A stretch of DNA of 64,000 nucleotides. It comes from Azolla caroliniana (taxonomy: Eukaryota; Plantae; Polypodiophyta). The stretch is taken from contig JBHGNT010000005.1 in NCBI GenBank assembly GCA_043228905.1, positions 11,222,001 to 11,286,000 on the forward strand, in the 5' to 3' direction. The notes under the pieces are model-generated. The model did no database searches. It was not told where the DNA came from and saw only the letters and a program-made list of their open reading frames with translations. Shown here in pieces: positions 57,340 through 64,000 of the stretch (the stretch's first letter is position 1; every line of letters begins with the position of its first letter). The translations under genes and the position numbers were made by a program.

Positions 57340-59106
57340 ATGTGTTGACCTTAAAGCCTTAAATAGGATTTTGTACTTGAGTGCGATACATTGTAGATCC
57401 TGCACTCCCATGTTCATTTAATAAAGGACTTATAGCTTTTTGCCTATATTCTACTCATACATGTGCACCTTTGCACATGAGATGTATATGTACCTCATTG
57501 TGGGTATTTTTGGATTTGATGAAGCTTTTTAGTATACACTCTTATTAATCATCCCCCATTTTATATTATTGTTCATAACTGTAACTTGTTCTCTCTCTTT
57601 TCCTCTCACACACATACACACACATATCTCATAATCTTCCGCTTCTTACCTACTCACATCATTAGAAGTTAATTAACCCTTTCTTAATTACCTAACTATT
57701 AACATGGCATCAAAGCGTGTGGTTCAGCACATCCGCTAAGCCCACTCGACTCTTCAGGATTGTGTGTTCGAGACATTGACGACAAATACGGCTATCTGCT
57801 ACCGTAGTGCGGCTACGTAGCACATGTACATGATTGATGGAAGAAAAGCCAAAGAAACGAAGAAGAAGAATAGAAGACATTAATCAACATGAACACACCA
57901 ATGGGTAGCTTGCTTCCTAGTGAAAAGCTAGACTGGAGCAATTATTCATCTTGGGAGTACAAGTTGAACCAATACCTAGTCGGTCAAGGGTATTGAAGCT
58001 ACATCAACAACGCACAAGAAAATCGACCTGACCCAAAGAAAGGCGACTACTCAACATGGGAGCAAGCGGCGAGTGGAGTCATGTATTGCTTGGCAACATG
58101 TTTCCACGATCACATGCTTCGCCACATTCGAGACGCCAAGACGCCTAAGGAGGCGTGGGAGAATCTCAAGAAGATTTTCGCCGCCAATACGACGACACGC
58201 AAGTTTCAACGCCGGCAAGAGTTGAACAACATACAACAAAAGGATATGTCCGTGTCGGACTACACCGCCACGATCAAGAGCATTTGCGACTCGCTTGGCT
58301 CCATCAACTTAAACATCGACGAAGACGAGATGGATCAAGTATGCTTGGGCGGTCTCGCACAATGATTCAACTCGTTAAGGACGACAATCTTGGCTAGTGA
58401 AAACCCTCCTTCATTCTTCGACCTCCAATCAATGTTATTGGTCGAAGAGAACCACGTCCAAACCAAGACAAGGACATGGGAAGGACAAATGTTTTTCTCG
58501 AATTCGGATGGTGGCCGGGGACGAGGTCGAGGCAGTAGAAGAGGACGATTCGTCCCATCTCACAAAGGGGATTCAAACCTTTGACAACAAGACGGAAGCC
58601 ATCAAGGAACTTTTAGAACAAGCGAGATCTTCCATGCCAAACAAAACCGGCAAACAATGTAACTTACTTGCAACTATTGTGGGAAGATCGACCATCGAGA
58701 AGAGGAGTGTTGGAAGAAGAGATGAGAGTCCACTTCCACAAGCCGACAACTCACAAATTACACCAACAACTCCAAATACGACAACTACGGTGGACTATTC
58801 GTAATGAGGGATAGAGCAAACTCTATGTCGGCCTCCGACTCCACAAGCACCTCCAACTCGGAAGACGTGTAGTTCGTTGACTCCGGCACCTCACATCATA
58901 TGATGTCACACCAAGAGCCAAGTCGAAAACGAAACCGGACGGCACATTCGATGCCTACGATCGGATGGAGGCAAGGAGTACTTCTCCAATGAATTCATTT
59001 CCGACCTCCAAGGTGAAGGTATTTGGAGAGAATTCTCATGCCAACACACCCCCCAACAAAATGGAGTAGCCGAAAGGAAGAATCGGCATATACTCGAGGT
59101 TGCACA

Positions 59107-62096
59107 TGTTGGGAGACAGGTCCCTCCGGATGGGAAGGGAGATGAACAGTGCTGATGAGCAAACTCGGCCTCGGCCTTGGCCGAAATAGGATGACGAGTA
59201 CCCGGCTACGGAGAGCCGGATGGTGCAGATCCGGTGAGAACCGGATGAGGAGTACCCGGAAACGGAAGACCCGGTGAGAACCGGATGGCAAGTACCCGGC
59301 TACGGAGAGCCGGATGGTGCAGACCTGGTGAGAACCGGATGAGGAGAACCCAGCTACGGAGAGCCGGATGATGCAGACCCGGTGAGAACCGGATGGCAAG
59401 TACCCGCAAGCGCTCACCGGATGAAGAGACATATTCATAAATATGTTTCTGAGAATCCATCGAGGCTATATTTGTAAATAGCCAAAAAGTCATATTAGTA
59501 TAAATATGACTTAGGGCAAACTTATTGAGTATGGAGTTGTCATTCTTGTTGGTGCAAGAAGAGAGAGCGCGTAACAGTGTACAGAGAGAGAGAGAGAGAG
59601 AAAGAGACGAAGGTTTCGTATCTCTGTTGTTACCGCCGACTGTGGCGAAGATAGCAAGCTCGAGATCGTTGCCTCGGTGCTCCACCATTGTACATTCTTA
59701 TATACTGATAGTTTGGAGTCTGTGGACTCCCGTGGTTTTTCCCTCTCAAGGTTTTCCACGTTAAACATTCTGTGTACTCTTCTCTCCTTTGTGTCGTGTG
59801 TTTCATTTCCCGTTTGCTGTGTATGATTCTAAGCTCGGTTGTGGCCGAGCGTTGCAGATAGGGAGCGTGCAGTTCCTGTCAAAGGAGTATCAGAGCGAAA
59901 CGACACAGAAAATGGACGATTCGTTGGGAGGCATGTTCAAGCTCACCGGCTCCAACTATTCGGTGTGGAAGTCGAAGATGAGGGACATGCTTGTGGTTAA
60001 AGATCTTTGGTTGTCGGTTCAGTAGCTAGACGTGAAGACGGCATTCCTTCACGGTGACCTCGTAGAGGAGATCTACATGCAGCAACCGGAAGGAATCGTG
60101 GAGAAAGGGAAGGAGCACCTGGTATGCCGGTTGAAGAAAAAGCCTGTATGGACTGAATCAAGCTCCCCGACAATGGTACCGGAAGTTTGACTCCTTCATG
60201 ACCGATCAAGGGTACCACAAGATGCAAGCCGATCACTGCGTGTTTGTGAAGAAGTTTGAAGGAGGCGACTTCCTAATACTCCTTCTGTACGTGGACGACA
60301 TGTTGATAGTCGGATGGGACCAAGCCAAAATACGGATGCTGAAGAAGGTTCTCAACCGGACCTTCTGAATGAAAGACTTGGGTCCAGCAAGACAGATGTT
60401 GGGGATGCATATCATCTGGAACTGGTCAATGAAGTAATTGTGGATGTCACAGGAGAAGTACGTGACAAAGGTGCTTCAGCGGTTCAACATGTCAGATGCG
60501 AAACCGGTCGGATCGACACTTCCGGCAAATTGCAGGTTATCCGGTAAGCAAAGCCCGAAGACGAAAGCAGAGAAGGCCGAGATGATGAAGGTCCCATATG
60601 CGTCTGCCGTCGGGAGCCTAATGTACGCAATGGTCTGTACCCGACCGGATATAGGATACGCAGTCGGAGTGGTGAGCCGGTTTATGAGCAATCCCGGGAG
60701 GGAGCACTGGAACGCGGTCAAATGGATACTCTGGTATTTCAAGGGCACTTCAAATATGAGTCTCCGATTCGGCTCCAGAAAACCTCAACTTGACGGTTTT
60801 ACCGATTCAGACATGTCGGCTGATGTGGATACCAACCGGTCTCCAACCTGGTATGTAATGACATATGCAGGGGGAGCTATTTCGTGGCAGTCGAGGCTGC
60901 AGAAGACGGTTGCATTGTCAACCACGGAGGCAGAGTACATGGCGGGTGTGGAAGCCGGCAAGGAAATATTATGGATGAAGGACTTCATCGGAGAGCTCGG
61001 TATCCGACAAGATGAATACCGGCTCTATTGCGACAGTCAAAGTGCCATCCACCTTGCTTAGAATGTGTCCTACCATTCCCGGACGAAGCATATCCAACGA
61101 CGGTATCACTGGATCCGGGAAAGAGTAGATGACCAGGAGTTCGCGTTGACGAAGATCCACACGGCCGAGAACGGGTCAGATATGCTGACCAAAGTGTTGA
61201 TACTCGACAAGCTGGATGCATGCCGGAAGCGGATCGGACTAGTAAGACTCCCCATGCTGGAGTGAAGGGGGAGTTTGTTGGGAGACAGGTCCCTCCGGAT
61301 GGGAAGGGAGATGAACAGTGCTGATGAGCAAACTCGGCCTCGGCCTTGGCCGAAACCGGGTGAAGAGTACCCGGCTACGGAGAGCCGGATGGTGCAGACC
61401 CGGTGAGAACCGGATGGCAAGTACCCGGCTACGGAGAACCGGATGGTGCAGACCCGGTGAGAACCGGATGGCAAGTACCCGGCTACGGAGAGCCGGATGG
61501 TGCAGACCCGGTGAGAACCGGATGAGGAGAACCCGGCTACGGAGAGCCAGATGGTGCAGACCCGGGGAGAACCGGATGAGGAATACCCGGAAACGGAAGA
61601 CCCGGTGAGAACCGGATGGCAAGTACCCGGCAAGCGCTCACCGGATGAAGAGACATATTCATAAATATGTTTCTGAGAGTCCATCGAGGCTATATTTGTA
61701 AATAGCCAAAAAGTCATATTAGTATAAATATAACTTAGGGCAAAATTATTGAGTATGGAGTTGTCATTCTTGTTGCTGCAAGAAGAGAAAGCGCGTAATA
61801 GTGTACAGAGAGAGAGAGAGAGAGAGAAAGAGACGAAGGTTTCGTATCTCTGTTGTAACCGCCGACTGTGACGAAGATAGTAAGCTCGAGGTCGCTGCAC
61901 CATTGTACATTCTTATATACTGATAGTTTGGAGTCTGTGGACTCCCGTGGTTTTTCCCTCTCAGGGTTTTCCACGTTAAACATCCTGTGTACTCTTCTCG
62001 CCTTTGTGTCGTGTGTTTCATTTCCCGTTTTCTGTGTATGATTCTAAGCTCGGTTGTGGCCGAACGTTGCACATAGGGAGCGTGCAGTTCTTGTCA
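59107..62096 (+). mobile_element. Copia F: internally deleted relative of the intact Tnt1-like element, inserted in D integrase
   Basis: LTRs 59107-59881 and 61276-62096; TSD GCACA; gag start at 59911 fused at ~60022 directly to RT (LDVKTAFLHGDL); PPT TGAAGGGGGAG; premature stops. Confidence 0.92.
61367..61630 (+). repeat. 54-bp tandem repeats in U3 of the F LTRs (also ~59197-59406)
   Basis: Unit GTACCCGGCTACGGAGAGCCGGATGGTGCAGACCCGGTGAGAACCGGATGGCAA; copy number and order differ between the two LTRs. Confidence 0.92.
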
Positions 62097-62299
62097 GCAC
62101 ATGCCATGATGCATGAGAATCACATGCTGAACTTCTATTGAGTGTGTACTCTTCTCGCCTTTGTGTCGTGTGTTTCATTTCCCGTTTTCTGTGTATGATT
62201 CTAAGCTCGGTTGTGGCCGAACGTTGCACATAGGGAGCGCGCAGTTCCTGTCAGCACATGCCATGATGCATGAGAATCACATGCTGAACTTCTATTGAG
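61986..62299 (+). repeat. 157-bp tandem duplication spanning the F LTR end, TSD and flank
   Basis: 61986-62142 is repeated at 62143-62299 with about 2 differences. Confidence 0.93.
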
Positions 62300-64000
62300 A
62301 GGAAGCGGCATCCCTAACCGTCTATCTCATGAATCGATGCACAACTAATGGAGTGCATGAGCTAACTCCATACGAGCTCCTTGTTGAAAGGAAGCCGATC
62401 CTGTCACACCTCAAGGTGTCTGGTAGCATTGCAAATGTGCCCATCTCGAATGAAAACCGACAAAAGCCCGATGCGAAGTCAGAGAAATGTATCCTCCTAG
62501 GATACTCGTCCGAGAAGAAGGCATACAAGTGCTATAACCATTTGACCGGACTGGTTCAGGTGAGTCGACACGTAGTCTTCGACGAATCGGCATCATTGTA
62601 TAAGCCTGATTTGGCTCCACCCGACCCAAGCGAGGAAGAGTTGAATGTCAACTCGGAGGACGATATTCAGACAAGTCCTCTACCAAAGGACAATCCAAAC
62701 CCACCCAATACTTCAAGCATTCTAGGCACGTCGCGGCTAAGTATGGACTTGGACCAAGGCAAAGGTAAGATCCGTGAATACGAAGTCGACCACCCCGACG
62801 ATAGTGATTCGGATGTGTGAACTTGCTCACTAGACACCCAGAGTGAAGATGGCCCTCACATCGGCAAGAGATAAACTTTGACGCTCATCTAGAGAGAAGA
62901 ACCTCATCGCTCAGCTTGGGTACAACGAGTATATGGCCCATCATTATGCCTTCGCGATCAAGGTAGTGGCCAAACAAGAGCCCTAACGCTCTACAGAAGT
63001 GGCTCGTGACCCACGATTGGTGGAAGCACTCAAACTTCGACCATTTAGCGCTACAAGCCTTCGTCACAGGCTTGAGTGGGAGGAACCGAGACTACCATCA
63101 CGGAAAGGCCGACGCCGAAAGTTGCACATAAGCCGATATTGAAAGCCGGACAACGCACAAAATTGGATGTCAGACGCCTCGCACTTGAGCTTGAGGGGGC
63201 GTCTTGAGATATCAAGCTGAACCTAGTTTAGTCATTTAGTCAACACACATATCTTAGTAGTTACCTTGATAGAATCTAGTTAGTGTGTTTGACCTTAAAG
63301 CCTTAAAAATGATTTTGTACCTTAATTACCTAATTATTAACAGGTTATATAGATGCCAACTAGGCCGATGATGCGTCAGATCATTGGTCCACCTCCGGTT
63401 TTATGTTCTCTGTGGGGAGGGCAACTATTGCGTGGAGTAGCAAAAAGCAACTGACAGTGGCTCTATCGAGCATTGAGGCTGAGTATCGGGACGCTCTTGT
63501 TGTTATGTATGAAGCCATTTGGCTTTGTCAGCTGTTGCAAGACCTCCGGATCACAATACCGACTCTGATTTCGATCTACTGCGACAACATGAGTAGCATG
63601 CAGTTGGCCAAGAACCCCATGTTCAATGCTTGAATGAAGCACATAGAAGTGCATTATCACTTTGTACACGAGCGGGTCCTGAACGGTGAAGTCAAACTCC
63701 GGTATGTTCGAAAGGATCGGCAAGTTCCCGATAGCTTCACCAAGCCACTCGGATTAGACAAGTTGCAACATTTTTCGGTGATGCTTGGGCTACAACCTCT
63801 CGACCTGCCGCACTTGAGGGGGAGAACCGGAACAGAAATGGGAAAGACATTTAAAGGCACTGGAGAAGCAGCAAGAAAGCAAGTGGAAATGACCGAGACA
63901 GGGGAGACAAGAAGGAGGGAGTGGAGTTGACTGAAGAAGTCGGCACATCCGAAAAAGTCCGAACAAGCCACGATGGCGATAGAGTCAAGAAGGACAGAGC

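Larger units (their letters stand above)
51924..63342 (+). mobile_element. Decayed, internally deleted Copia D
   Basis: 5' LTR 51924-52009 plus 57345-57704; PBS TGGCATCAAAGC; gag from 57901; integrase pieces; PPT GAGGGGGCG and shortened 3' LTR 63202-63342; flanks AGTTA/GGTTA. Confidence 0.82.
51795..63825 (+). mobile_element. Old Copia E (RT end 51795-51923; RNase H 63343-63825) split by Copia D
   Basis: 'HLHCVHRLLRYVSGTKDRGLLY...QLV' continues as 'GYIDAN...STSGFMF...WSSKKQLTVALSSIEAEY...KHIEVHYHF' after D. Confidence 0.8.

Noticed and set aside
61313-61385. Hammerhead-like core CTGATGAG...CGAAAC in the F LTR (also ~59152)
   Set aside because: Stem II barely pairs, the position after the stem III hairpin is C rather than the required U (no NUH), and no stem I forms
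59197-61630. CRISPR-like array
   Set aside because: Contiguous tandem repeats without unique spacers, inside LTRs of eukaryotic DNA

Overview
Eukaryotic (land-plant) genomic DNA, probably a non-seed plant such as a fern (inferred from the retroelement lineages). There is one clear host gene, an intronless nodulin-like/NFD4-type MFS transporter (5362-7416, -), whose ~1.7 kb upstream region is duplicated nearby without the CDS. The rest is a dense nest of retrotransposons. (1) A 5'-truncated LINE with a 17-bp TSD. (2) An intact, very young chromovirus (15188-20959) with a -1 frameshift signal and an apparent self-priming PBS. (3) A four-level nest: Copia <- solo LTR A <- tRNA-Trp-primed Gypsy B <- non-autonomous relative C, all Gypsy insertions with 4-bp TSDs. 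(4) A decayed Gypsy G with an extra ~1000-codon ORF after integrase. (5) A Copia nest holding an intact 1357-aa Tnt1-like element and a deleted relative. The most unusual signal is a tRNA-derived A-box/B-box (Pol III-type) module with exact tRNA spacing, antisense in the U3 of all seven LTR copies of two dissimilar Gypsy lineages. All calls are by eye, with no database searches; tRNA identities come from recalled plant tRNA sequences.
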